A stretch of 60,907 nucleotides of DNA from an uncultured Bacillota bacterium (GCA_946625165.1 CAMOSR010000002.1:1-60907); one strand, 5' to 3'. Shown: positions 45,703 through 55,326, counted from the stretch's first letter. The notes: generated from the sequence alone by a model not told the origin. Translations and numbers: made by a program.

Positions 45703-47841
45703 CTACTGACCTCTTTTTACTTTTTGTTTTGGTTGTTTGTTCATAGTGTATGCGATACTTAAGTAAATCACTCTATGTGGTACAGAAACTTCTTTAACTA
45801 TGACGCATACTTTTTCACCTAGTTTAAATTTTCTGCCCAGTGTTTTTTTTGCTTTTGATACTTCTTCTGGTCTAACTATTCCTTTTATATTATTTTCCAT
45901 TTTTATGTCCATTCCATATGGTGTCATTCTTGTAATTTGACCTTTAAATTCTTCACCGATATAGTCTTGAATAAATTCAGCCATTTTTAAATCTAGAGTT
46001 TCTTTTTCAGCGGTATCGGCTTCTCTTTCCATGTAAGATGAATGAGTACATATTTCTGGAAGTAATGATTCTATTTCATCGAGTCTTTCGTAAATGGTTT
46101 CAAAATTGTTATAAGAATCGATTAGTCTATGAACCTGTAAGTCTGGATATCTTCTAATTGGTGAGGTAAAGTGGGTATAATAGTCTAAAGCTAGTCCATA
46201 ATGTCCTTCGTTTACACTAGAATATTTAGCTTTACTCATACTTGTTAATATGTAATTAGAAATAACTCCGTATTCTTCTGTTCCTTTGAAGCTTTCTAAG
46301 AAAGCGTCTAAATCTCTGGAAGTGTATGTTCCGTTATTTATTTTGTTAAGCAAATTGTTAGCGTATCCGTTACATAGGCCTTCTGCTTTTAGAAGGTTAA
46401 TTGTTTCAATAAGACAATCGTCATGTGGGTCACCATGCACTCTATAGATAAATGGAAGTTCCATATAGGCGTAATGTCTAGTTACTGTTTCATTAGCAGA
46501 TATCATAAAGTTTTCAATTATTTTCTCGGCTGTTTTTTGAGTCCTCATTTCAAATGATGTAGGCGTGCCTTCTTTGGTTACTATAGCTTTAACTTCATCT
46601 GAAGAAAAATCAATATTACCTCTTTTTTTGCGTTTTTCTATTAATATAAGCGATAGTTCTCTCATTAATTTTAAATCGTCAATATAAGGTTCATAACCTT
46701 CTACGATAGTATCTTCCTCTAAAATTGTATTTACATCTTCATATGTCATTTTTTTACTTGAATTAATTACACTATCGTATATTTCATAATCTATTATTTT
46801 TCCTTCACCATTTATGGTCATTCTAACAGTTTTTGTAAGTCTATCAACGTGTTCATTTAATGAACAAATACCATTTGATAGTTGGTGTGGAAGCATTGGC
46901 AAGACAGAATCTGCAAGATAAGCTGATGTTCCTCTAATTCTTGCTTCTTTATCTAGGTTACTATCTTCTTTAACGTAGTGATTAACGTCAGCTATATGAA
47001 CACCTAAAATGTAATTGTCACCATCTTTTTCAATACTAACGGCATCATCCATATCTTTAGTATCTTTACCATCAATCGTGAAAATTTTTTCTTTTCTTAG
47101 GTCTACTCTGCCTATAATTTCTTCTTCTAGAACGTGGTCAGGTATATTTTTAAGTTCTTCTAACACTTCATTTGGAAAATCAGTAAAGAACCCGTGAGAC
47201 GCTGCGATAGCCTTTATATCAATATCTGGATCATCTTTATGACCAACTAATTTTGTAACAGTTCCTTCGAAAAATAGTTCATTATTAACCTCGGCAATTT
47301 GATTTTTTCCTAATCTTACTAAGGCTAAATTTCCAGATACAAGCTGAATTAAACTTTCTTGGCATATTACTTTAATATTACCATGGCTACTATATGGGAT
47401 AAATGTATTATCTCCTATATATTCAAATACGGTATTTTTATCAGATCTTTTAATTATTTTTTCCACTTTAGCGTCTATATAATTGATTTTTCCACCACTA
47501 AAGTGACTTAGAACAACTATGTCACCGTCTAAAGCTCCATTTAGACTATTGGAGTTTATTAAATATTTATGTTTTCCTTTATCTGTTTTTTTTATAACAA
47601 AACCATTCCCGGTATTTGTTATATGGATTTCTCCTTGGACTTTATTTAGCTTGTGTGAATCAAATTGTTGGTAATATCCTTTACTGTCTAAATATATTTG
47701 TCCTTCTTCTTCAAGTTCATTTAACGCACTAAAAAAAGCAGCCTGTTTTTCTTCACCTTTTATGCGCATTAAAGAACGCAGTTCATCTGAAGTAAGCTTC
47801 TTTTTACATATGTTTTCTAAAATAGTATCTTTAATACTCAC
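45703..47841 (-). CDS. rnr: Ribonuclease R
   Basis: Cold-shock-like N-terminal domains, RNB domain (TIDGKDTKDMDDA, HYGLA, HFTSPIRRYPD) and a C-terminal S1 domain. GTG start. Confidence 0.93.
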   Translation of the reverse strand: MSIKDTILENICKKKLTSDELRSLMRIKGEEKQAAFFSALNELEEEGQIYLDSKGYYQQFDSHKLNKVQGEIHITNTGNGFVIKKTDKGKHKYLINSNSLNGALDGDIVVLSHFSGGKINYIDAKVEKIIKRSDKNTVFEYIGDNTFIPYSSHGNIKVICQESLIQLVSGNLALVRLGKNQIAEVNNELFFEGTVTKLVGHKDDPDIDIKAIAASHGFFTDFPNEVLEELKNIPDHVLEEEIIGRVDLRKEKIFTIDGKDTKDMDDAVSIEKDGDNYILGVHIADVNHYVKEDSNLDKEARIRGTSAYLADSVLPMLPHQLSNGICSLNEHVDRLTKTVRMTINGEGKIIDYEIYDSVINSSKKMTYEDVNTILEEDTIVEGYEPYIDDLKLMRELSLILIEKRKKRGNIDFSSDEVKAIVTKEGTPTSFEMRTQKTAEKIIENFMISANETVTRHYAYMELPFIYRVHGDPHDDCLIETINLLKAEGLCNGYANNLLNKINNGTYTSRDLDAFLESFKGTEEYGVISNYILTSMSKAKYSSVNEGHYGLALDYYTHFTSPIRRYPDLQVHRLIDSYNNFETIYERLDEIESLLPEICTHSSYMEREADTAEKETLDLKMAEFIQDYIGEEFKGQITRMTPYGMDIKMENNIKGIVRPEEVSKAKKTLGRKFKLGEKVCVIVKEVSVPHRVIYLSIAYTMNKQPKQKVKRGQ

Positions 47842-47859
47842 CTAAACCACCCTGCTTTT

Positions 47860-47888
47860 ATTATAAACTACTCTTTATAATTTAACAA
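47860..47888 (-). promoter_or_regulatory. Proximal sigma-A promoter of rnr
   Basis: TTGTTA, a 17-nt spacer, then TATAAT. The -10 ends 18 nt upstream of the GTG. Confidence 0.55.
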
Positions 47889-47930
47889 TGGTTTATTAAA
47901 AATTAGATAAAATTTTACATTTATTTTTTG

Positions 47931-48061
47931 GAGGTGCGGGAGGTAGAAAAAAATTTTTTTAAATTATTAGGGTAGGTATTTATATGAAGTATTATAGAGT
48001 GATGAAATAAATTTAATATATTTATAAATGAATAAAACAATAATATTAAAATCCGCACCTC
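47931..48061 (-). other. GC-rich 9-bp inverted repeat clamping a 113-nt AT-rich domain (candidate structured RNA or small-ORF mRNA)
   Basis: GAGGTGCGG at 47931-47939 is perfectly complementary to CCGCACCTC at 48053-48061. The interior holds A/T palindromes. The arm at 48053-48061 starts at the predicted transcription start of the promoter at 48069-48097. Confidence 0.45.
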
Positions 48062-48068
48062 GGTAATG

Positions 48069-48097
48069 ATTATATTACATGTTTATTTTAAGTTCAA
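48069..48097 (-). promoter_or_regulatory. Distal near-consensus sigma-A promoter firing into the clamp element
   Basis: TTGAAC, a 17-nt spacer, then TATAAT. Confidence 0.55.
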
Positions 48098-48228
48098 ATG
48101 GCCAATTGCCTATTTTTGCTACATTTTTATTATATAAATTTGGAAATTTATAGTTATCAATTTAGTTTGTTTGGTTTTATACGGATACGATAATTTGGTA
48201 AATTATCAATTTTAAAAAAGTAGAAATT

Positions 48229-48942
48229 TTAACTATTTAAGATAAAAACATATCTATCTTTTTCAGTTAAGTCTTTTTCTACTTTTATTTTATTTATATC
48301 AAAATATTTACTAGCGATTTGTTTTACTTTTTCGCCTTGATTCATACCGATTTCAAAAGCAATTATACCTGGTTTGTTTAAGGTTGCCTTTGATTTTTCT
48401 AGTATTTTTTCGTAAAATTCTAAACCATTATTTTTGGCGTATAAAGCAATACTTGGTTCATTATTTTTAACGATGGGTTCAATTTCTTCATCATATGCGA
48501 TATATGGTGGATTACTTATGATTATGTCATATTTATCTTTTACATTTTCTAGCATATCACTTTGGAAAAAATTTATTTCCACATTGTTATTTTTAGCGTT
48601 TTCTTTAGCCACTTTTAAAGCTTTAGCCGAAATATCTATAGCATCTATAGTAGAATTTAACTGTTTTTTTAGTGTTATGGCGATGGCTCCACTACCTGTA
48701 CCTAAATCGATAATTTTTAACGGTTCATTTAGATACTTTTTAGAATATTCTATCGTTTTTTCTATTAGAGTTTCAGTTTCAAATCTAGGTATTAAAACGT
48801 TTTTATTTACTTTTAAAAGGCTTCCATAAAAGTCTACATTACCTACAATATATTGAACAGGAAGGCCTTTTTTTAATTTTTCAAGGCCTTCCTTTAATTT
48901 ATCTTCACTTAAATATTTTTTTAAGTATTCTTTATCTGTCAA
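48229..48942 (-). CDS. prmC: Peptide chain release factor N5-glutamine methyltransferase (short form)
   Basis: Contains DLGTGSGAI and ISNPPYI. Starts directly after the prfA stop. Confidence 0.88.
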   Translation of the reverse strand: MTDKEYLKKYLSEDKLKEGLEKLKKGLPVQYIVGNVDFYGSLLKVNKNVLIPRFETETLIEKTIEYSKKYLNEPLKIIDLGTGSGAIAITLKKQLNSTIDAIDISAKALKVAKENAKNNNVEINFFQSDMLENVKDKYDIIISNPPYIAYDEEIEPIVKNNEPSIALYAKNNGLEFYEKILEKSKATLNKPGIIAFEIGMNQGEKVKQIASKYFDINKIKVEKDLTEKDRYVFILNS

Positions 48943-49998
48943 TTAGGCTTCTCTTAGTTTTCTATTTTGGTCTTCGGTAATTAAAGCGTCTATGATATCT
49001 TCTAGATTTCCTTCCATAACTCTATCTAAGTTTTTAGTCGTATAGCCTATTCTATGGTCTGTAACTCTGTTTTGTGGATAATTATAAGTTCTTATCTTTT
49101 CAGATCTGTCACCAGTACCAATTTTACTTCTTCTTTCACTACCTAAGGCTTCTTCTTGCTGTCTAATTTTAGCCTCATAAAGTCTACTTCTTAATATTTG
49201 CATAGCTTTTTCTTTATTTTGGACTTGGCTTCTTTCGTTTTGACATGTAACTACGGTATTAGTTGGAAGGTGGGTTATTCTTACGGCACTATCAGTTGTA
49301 TTGACTGATTGGCCGCCAGCTCCGCCACTGTGATAAACGTCAATTTTTAAATCATTTGGATTTATATCAATATCTACTTCTTCAGCTTCAGGCATTACTA
49401 AGACTGTGGCTGTTGAAGTATGTACTCGCCCTTGTGTTTCAGTAACTGGTACTCTTTGAACTCTATGAGCACCACTTTCATACTTTAGTTTGGAATATAC
49501 TCTATCACCTTTAACCATAAATTCGACAAGTGGAAATCCGCCAGCGTCGTTGTGTTCTTCGGAAAGAATGTCAATTTTCCAGCCTTCTTTTTCAGCGTAT
49601 TTTGTATACATTCTATATAGGTCTCCAGCAAATATATTGGCTTCATCACCACCAGCTGCACCTCTAATTTCAACTATAACGTTTTTGTCATCGTTAGGAT
49701 CTTTAGGAAGAAGCATTATTTCAATTTCAGATTCTAATTTTGTTTTTTCTTCTGTTAATCTAGTGATTTCTTCTTTAGCAAATTCACCTAATTCTGAATC
49801 TTTTGTCATTTCTTTTGCGTCTTCTAAATCTTTCTTTAATTTTTTCAGTTTTTGATAAGCATCATATGCCTCTTTTAAATCGGCAACTTCTTTATTCAAT
49901 TTTAACATTTGTTTAACGTTACTTATTACTTCTGGCTTATTAAGTTCTGCTTGAAGTTCATTATATTTTTCTTCAATTGCAATTAATCTTTCTTTCAT
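48943..49998 (-). CDS. prfA: Peptide chain release factor 1
   Basis: Contains a PVT tripeptide, SGGAGGQSVNTTDSAVRITH (GGQ) and the RF1 architecture. Confidence 0.95.
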   Translation of the reverse strand: MKERLIAIEEKYNELQAELNKPEVISNVKQMLKLNKEVADLKEAYDAYQKLKKLKKDLEDAKEMTKDSELGEFAKEEITRLTEEKTKLESEIEIMLLPKDPNDDKNVIVEIRGAAGGDEANIFAGDLYRMYTKYAEKEGWKIDILSEEHNDAGGFPLVEFMVKGDRVYSKLKYESGAHRVQRVPVTETQGRVHTSTATVLVMPEAEEVDIDINPNDLKIDVYHSGGAGGQSVNTTDSAVRITHLPTNTVVTCQNERSQVQNKEKAMQILRSRLYEAKIRQQEEALGSERRSKIGTGDRSEKIRTYNYPQNRVTDHRIGYTTKNLDRVMEGNLEDIIDALITEDQNRKLREA

Positions 49999-50063
49999 TT
50001 ATATCACCTTTTTTAACGAGTTAATTATACTATATTTTATTAATATAAGCAATTAATTTTCAT

Positions 50064-50092
50064 ATAAAAAGATGAATTAATCTAATTCATCT
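50064..50092 (-). terminator. rpoE terminator overlapping the 3' end of the coding region
   Basis: On the minus strand, AGATGAATTA-GAT-TAATTCATCT is followed by TTTTTA. Confidence 0.6.
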
Positions 50093-50535
50093 TCATCGAT
50101 TATTGTTAGGTCATCATCCTCAATATCGTCAACATCATCCAGGTCTGTGTCATCGATTTCGGCATCGTCATCCATGTCGTGGTATTCCTCTGGTGCCATG
50201 TCGTCCATTTCTTCTTCCATTTCTTCTTCAGTTTCGGTTAAATCATCTTCCTCGTCATCTTCTGTTTCTTCCAAATTTATAGAACTAGAGTGGTGATCTC
50301 TTAAATCCCATGTACCATCTTCTAATAGAATAAATGTTTTATCAGTAGTTAAAGAGGTATAGAAGTCTCCTATTATATTTTCATAATCAGTATCTGATAA
50401 TTCTAATAATTTACAAATTTTTTTTAAAATGTCAACGATTGTTTCACTTTTTTTATCTTCTTTCAAAATCATTTTCGCAAGTTCAACATATGAATATGAT
50501 TCTAGCTCATCTTTTGGCATTTTACTTAATTTCAT
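50077..50535 (-). CDS. rpoE: DNA-directed RNA polymerase delta subunit
   Basis: N-terminal HARE-HTH-like domain (SYVELAKMILKE) and a long Asp/Glu tail. AAGGAG lies 8 nt before the ATG at 50535. Confidence 0.85.
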   Translation of the reverse strand: MKLSKMPKDELESYSYVELAKMILKEDKKSETIVDILKKICKLLELSDTDYENIIGDFYTSLTTDKTFILLEDGTWDLRDHHSSSINLEETEDDEEDDLTETEEEMEEEMDDMAPEEYHDMDDDAEIDDTDLDDVDDIEDDDLTIIDEDELD

Positions 50536-50580
50536 AGATTTCACTCCTTATTAGTCCTAGAACATTGTATCATATTTTTT

Positions 50581-50994
50581 CTAGCTGTCAATACTATATT
50601 CTAAATTATATGTAAATGTGTCAATATACTCATCATTTACATTTAAATCATATATTATTTTCAATGTAGACTCTGTCTTAGTTAACTTTTTGGTATAAGT
50701 GGCTATTTTAATGTTTCCATATTTAGTGATGTACTTTCCATCTAAATTTATACCTTCTTTTAATCTTATTTTTAAAATATAGTTTTCTTTTCTTTCTATA
50801 GTTATTATATTATCTATGGTAATTTTGGTTATAATATTACTGTCATTATAGGTAATTATATTTTTATTTTTTATTCCGTATCCGGTAAATGTGTGATTGC
50901 TTTCTTTACTTTTTAAACTTGCTTTTATTTTTATTTTACTCAAACTATCACTTCCGATGAATAGATTATAACACACTTTTATTTTTTTACTCAT
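50581..50994 (-). CDS. DUF1934 (YwiB-like) beta-barrel protein
   Basis: 137 aa with an alternating beta-strand pattern (ITYND, ITIERKE, YDLNVNDEYI). Confidence 0.4.
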   Translation of the reverse strand: MSKKIKVCYNLFIGSDSLSKIKIKASLKSKESNHTFTGYGIKNKNIITYNDSNIITKITIDNIITIERKENYILKIRLKEGINLDGKYITKYGNIKIATYTKKLTKTESTLKIIYDLNVNDEYIDTFTYNLEYSIDS

Positions 50995-51041
50995 ATTTTT
51001 TTGATTTTTTCTAATAATAATTTTAGAAAGTGAGTGATTTT

Positions 51042-53000
51042 ATGAAAAAATCTAGAAAGGGTTTGAAGTTTTTAATATTTTTTTTAATCATATTCACTCT
51101 AACTTATTTGGGCATTTATTTATATGCGAAAATGTCGCCTAAACTTTCTATTAAAGGGGCGAATGGTTATTATTTATATGATAGTAATGGGGATCTTTAT
51201 ACTACTGGCTCTAAGGATTGGGTAAGTTTAGATAATATTTCTGAAAACCTTATAAAGGCAACTATTTCTATTGAAGATAAGAATTTTTATAAACACCAGG
51301 GGTTTGATTTTTTAAGAATTGTGAAAGCAATGATGGTAAATGTTAAAAATAAAAGTAATAGTCAAGGGGCTTCGACTATTACTCAACAGCTTTCTAAAAA
51401 TTTGTTTTTAGATTTTGATAAGACGTGGTCACGTAAGATGAAAGAGGCATGGATTACAATAAGGCTAGAGTCACATTATAGTAAAGATAAAATACTTGAA
51501 GGTTATCTAAATACGATAAATTATGGTGGAATATTTGGAATTGAAAATGCGGCTAAGTATTATTTTGGAAAAGATTCAAAAGATTTAAGTTTAGCAGAAG
51601 CTAGTATACTAGCTGGGATTCCTAAAAATCCTAGTAAGTACTCGCCTTTAACTAATTTGGATAAAGCTAAAGAAAGGCAAAGGATTATTTTAGATTCAAT
51701 GGTTAAAAACAAGTATATTAATGAGGTGGAAGCAGTAAGGGCTTATGATGAAAAGCTTACTTTTAAAAGGGATGAAGATAGTAATGATTTAAAGATGATG
51801 ATGTATTATCAAGATGCGGTTATGAGTGAACTATCAAATATAAGTTCAATTCCATCTTCTTTTACACAAACAGGTGGGCTTAAAATATATACTAATTTGG
51901 ATGTAAATGCGCAAAAGATTTTAGAAAGCAGTAGTAATAAAAATATTACTAATGAAAATATTGAACTTGCTGGTATTATCATGGATCCTAGAAGTGGTAA
52001 GGTGCTTGCTTTAACTGGTGGCAAGGACTATGATAAGAGTGAATTTAACAGGGCTATTCAAGCTAGGCGGCAAGTTGGTTCTACTATTAAACCGTTTTTA
52101 TATTATTCTGCATTAGAAAACGGCTTTACGCCTTCTACTACATTTACTAGTGAGAAAACGACTTTTAGTTTTTCTGGTAATAAAACTTATACTCCTAAAA
52201 ATTATAATGATAAATATGCGGATGGTCCAATTAGCTTAGCGGCAGCTATTGCCTATTCTGATAATGTCTACGCGGTTAAAACACACTTGTTTTTAGGTGA
52301 TGACGCACTTCCTGATATTTTAAGAAGAGTTGGAATAAATAATAGCTTTTCCAATTTGCCTTCTCTTGCTTTAGGGGCGGAAGAAATTGACATGCTTAGT
52401 ATGATTGGCGCTTATGGAACGCTCGCTAATGAAGGTTATAAGGTTAAGCCTTATTTTATAAGTAAGGTTACAGATATGGATGGAAATATCTTATATGAAT
52501 ATACTCCAAAACCTGAGAGTATTTTAAATAAAAGTACGGTTTATATTTTAAATGAGCTTTTGACGACGACTTATGCGAAAGAGTTTACTAGTTACAACTC
52601 TCCTACTTGCCTTAGTATTCTTTCGAAAATGACTCACAAATATGCGGTTAAAAGTGGAACGACCAACACAGATAATTTAATATTTGGTTATAATAAATCT
52701 TTACTGGTTGGTCTTTGGACAGGGTATGACGATAATAAGAATGTCGATAGTACGGATAGTTCTAATCTTAAAAATATGTGGGTCGATATTATGGAAGAGT
52801 ATTTAACTGGAAAAACTGATGATGAAACGTGGTATGAAAAGCCTAACAATGTGGTTGGAGTAGCTATTGATCCTATAAGTGGTGAGGTGGCTACTAATAG
52901 TAATAAGGCTAAAGTTCTTTACTACATTAAGGGTACAGAGCCTACTCAAGATAAATCGGCTTTAGATGATGCTATACCAACTATAAAATTGGAAGAATAA
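51042..53000 (+). CDS. Class A penicillin-binding protein (glycosyltransferase + transpeptidase)
   Basis: TM helix. GT51 motifs are EDKNFYKHQGFD and GASTITQQL. Transpeptidase motifs are STIKP, SDN and KSGTT. Confidence 0.9.
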   Translation: MKKSRKGLKFLIFFLIIFTLTYLGIYLYAKMSPKLSIKGANGYYLYDSNGDLYTTGSKDWVSLDNISENLIKATISIEDKNFYKHQGFDFLRIVKAMMVNVKNKSNSQGASTITQQLSKNLFLDFDKTWSRKMKEAWITIRLESHYSKDKILEGYLNTINYGGIFGIENAAKYYFGKDSKDLSLAEASILAGIPKNPSKYSPLTNLDKAKERQRIILDSMVKNKYINEVEAVRAYDEKLTFKRDEDSNDLKMMMYYQDAVMSELSNISSIPSSFTQTGGLKIYTNLDVNAQKILESSSNKNITNENIELAGIIMDPRSGKVLALTGGKDYDKSEFNRAIQARRQVGSTIKPFLYYSALENGFTPSTTFTSEKTTFSFSGNKTYTPKNYNDKYADGPISLAAAIAYSDNVYAVKTHLFLGDDALPDILRRVGINNSFSNLPSLALGAEEIDMLSMIGAYGTLANEGYKVKPYFISKVTDMDGNILYEYTPKPESILNKSTVYILNELLTTTYAKEFTSYNSPTCLSILSKMTHKYAVKSGTTNTDNLIFGYNKSLLVGLWTGYDDNKNVDSTDSSNLKNMWVDIMEEYLTGKTDDETWYEKPNNVVGVAIDPISGEVATNSNKAKVLYYIKGTEPTQDKSALDDAIPTIKLEE

Positions 53001-53030
53001 AAGTCACAATTTTAAAATTGTGACTTTTTA
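52999..53030. terminator. Bidirectional terminator between the PBP gene and the SDR gene
   Basis: AAAAGTCACAATTTTAAAATTGTGACTTTT, a palindrome with A-runs and T-runs on both sides. Confidence 0.7.
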
Positions 53031-53035
53031 TATTT

Positions 53036-53809
53036 TTATTTTGTACCAACAGTACTTGTTTCTGGTAGGGTTGAGCCACCATCGATTACGATTCCTTGCC
53101 CTGTTATGTAACTTGATCTATCTGATGCAAGATAAGCCGTTAAGTCGCCTAATTCTTCGATAGTTCCAAGTCTTTGCATTGGTATAGCTCTTGCAATGCC
53201 ATCTATTACAGACTGTGGATTGTTTGAATCACTTTGAATGGCTATTTTTTCCACCATTGGTGTTAGTATATATCCTGGCATTATGGCATTTACTCTAATA
53301 TTTCTAGAGACAAGTTCAGCAGCTAAACTTTTTGTAAATCCGAGTAAAGCAGCTTTGGTCGTAGCATAAGCTACTTCTCCAGGGTCAGCTACCATAGGCC
53401 CTGTTACGCTTGATAAATTAATAATTGAGCCTTTTTCCATATAAGGTAAAACAGCTTTAGTAACGTTCCATGTTCCTTTAATATTTATGTCAAAGTGAAA
53501 ATCTCTGGTCTCATCATCCATTTCTGTGAATGGGGCTAGTTTTGCAACACCTGCATTATTTACTAGTATATCTATATTTCCTAATCTTTTATGAATGTCT
53601 TCTATAGTTTTATTTACAATGTCTTTATTTCTAATATCTACTTTATAACCAATTACATTTGTTCCTAAAGTTTTTATCGTTTCAGTAAGTTCATCAGCGT
53701 AGTCTAATATAGCTACTTTGACTCCTTCTTTTAAAAAAACTTTAACTATTCCAAGACCGTTTCCCATGGCTCCGCCAGTAACTACGGCCACTTTCCCCTC
53801 TAAGTTCAT
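53036..53809 (-). CDS. Short-chain dehydrogenase/reductase (UcpA-like)
   Basis: Contains VTGGAMGNGLG, NNAG and YATTKAA (YxxxK). Confidence 0.85.
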   Translation of the reverse strand: MNLEGKVAVVTGGAMGNGLGIVKVFLKEGVKVAILDYADELTETIKTLGTNVIGYKVDIRNKDIVNKTIEDIHKRLGNIDILVNNAGVAKLAPFTEMDDETRDFHFDINIKGTWNVTKAVLPYMEKGSIINLSSVTGPMVADPGEVAYATTKAALLGFTKSLAAELVSRNIRVNAIMPGYILTPMVEKIAIQSDSNNPQSVIDGIARAIPMQRLGTIEELGDLTAYLASDRSSYITGQGIVIDGGSTLPETSTVGTK

Positions 53810-54384
53810 TATTCTTCCTCCATTTCTATTATTTCGAGTTCATCACCTGTTTTTACATTAAAGGCATTTCCATCATCATTATCTAAGTGAAGCTCAAATT
53901 TAGAATTACTTGCAATTTTTAAATTAACATTTTCTAGTATTCCCGCTTTTTCGCCTTCTATTCTAATCTTAACTTTTTTTATGTTTTCTAGGTTGTATTT
54001 TTTGACCTCATCTGGGGTTATATGGATATGACGATTGGCAATAATACATCCTTCATTTAGGTGTACTTCTACACTACCATTTATCAAACTAATTGGACTT
54101 GAGCCTTCAATATCGCCAGAGTCTCTAACTGGTGGATTTAATTTTAAATAATAGCTATCGGTCCTAGAAATTTCTACTTGATCATATTTTCTGAATGGTC
54201 CAACAATTCTTACGTTCGAAATTTCTTTGTCGCCATTTTTAATGGTAATGAATCTATTTGAAGCGAATTGGCCTGGCTGCCTTAAATATTTAACAGCTTC
54301 TAAAGGTTGGCTGTCAAAAAGCTTTTTGTATGTTTCTTCAGTTAAATGGGCATGTCTATTTGAAATCCCTAATAATACTTTCAT
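53809..54384 (-). CDS. pduL: Phosphate propanoyl/acetyl-transferase PduL
   Basis: Duplicated PduL repeats: GISNRHAHLT and IANRHIHITP. Confidence 0.85.
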   Translation of the reverse strand: MKVLLGISNRHAHLTEETYKKLFDSQPLEAVKYLRQPGQFASNRFITIKNGDKEISNVRIVGPFRKYDQVEISRTDSYYLKLNPPVRDSGDIEGSSPISLINGSVEVHLNEGCIIANRHIHITPDEVKKYNLENIKKVKIRIEGEKAGILENVNLKIASNSKFELHLDNDDGNAFNVKTGDELEIIEMEEE

Positions 54385-54463
54385 TATATCACCTCTCAGT
54401 ATAAAATAAATACTTGCTTTCTTTAATTTTTTATTCTATAAAAGACGTCTTTCTGACATCTAA

Positions 54464-54847
54464 TTACGACTTAATATCTCTTTCGCATGTGTTTTTAAAA
54501 ATTAAGTCAAAGCTTATATTACCTGTTTTATCTATTGTAACTAAAACTGAATGGGTATCATCTATTTTTTCATTTGTTTTTATGTTTTTTACTGGACTTG
54601 CTAACTTTCCTTCGTCTATTAGAGTACTAATAGAAATGCAATGTTTTTTACCGGATGAAAAATCCTGTTTATTTTCATTGATGTATTGAAGCGCGGCATC
54701 AAAGATTATCTGGTTACTGGCTTTTTCAGCTTTACTGCTATTTGCCCTTATTCTATTTGTTATTGTTGGCATCACTAAAGTCACTAGTAGTCCTATTATT
54801 ACTATTACGCCAAGTATTTCAGCTAATGTAAATCCTTTATTTTTCAT
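54464..54847 (-). CDS. Type IV pilin / pseudopilin
   Basis: Reads MKNKG/FTLAEILGVIVIIGLLVTLVMP. 127 aa with two Cys. Confidence 0.8.
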   Translation of the reverse strand: MKNKGFTLAEILGVIVIIGLLVTLVMPTITNRIRANSSKAEKASNQIIFDAALQYINENKQDFSSGKKHCISISTLIDEGKLASPVKNIKTNEKIDDTHSVLVTIDKTGNISFDLIFKNTCERDIKS

Positions 54848-54920
54848 ATGCTCACCTTATTATTAATTTTAACATATTTTTATTAATAAATAAATATATT
54901 AGTTATGAAAGGATGATAAA

Positions 54921-55283
54921 ATGAATAATAGTTTTGCAAATCAAAATAGTTTTCCGGGGACTCCGCTATTTACTAATGGTGAGGCGGTTCCTAATCAGCA
55001 AAATCAAATGAATTTTGGCAATACGGTTTTTGAGCAATCTTATATTGAAAATATACTTAGATTAAATCGTGGCAAGCAGGTTGAAATATATGCATCTTAT
55101 CCGGATTCTAATGAATGGCGTGACAGGGTTTTTAAGGGTATTGTTGAACAGTCTGGTAGAGATCATATTATATTAAGTGATCCTAAAACTGGTAATTGGT
55201 ATTTAATATTGTTAATATATGTGAATTATATTAAGTTTGATGAAAGAATTGTATCTAGTCCAGAATTCTATCCAAATAATTGA
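54921..55283 (+). CDS. gerQ: Spore coat protein GerQ
   Basis: Gln/Asn-rich N-terminus, then EQSYIENILRLNRGK, GIVEQSGRDHIILSDP and NYIKF. Confidence 0.8.
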   Translation: MNNSFANQNSFPGTPLFTNGEAVPNQQNQMNFGNTVFEQSYIENILRLNRGKQVEIYASYPDSNEWRDRVFKGIVEQSGRDHIILSDPKTGNWYLILLIYVNYIKFDERIVSSPEFYPNN

Positions 55284-55326
55284 AAAAATTAATTAACTTT
55301 GTTATAATGATATTAGGGTGAGTAAC

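Noticed and set aside
45643-48228. Expected smpB/ssrA (tmRNA) next to rnr, as in Bacillus
   Set aside because: No tmRNA-like sequence (tRNA-like acceptor/T-arm, tag ORF) or smpB is present. rnr is followed directly by polC, and the upstream spacer does not look like tmRNA. It is absent from this window, not hidden.
54430-54460. Perfect 12-nt palindrome AAAGACGTCTTT after the fourth pilin gene
   Set aside because: It has no loop, so it cannot fold as written. The overlapping GATGTC-AGAAA-GACGTC hairpin plus T-run is enough to explain it as a weak terminator. There is no second copy that would suggest an operator.
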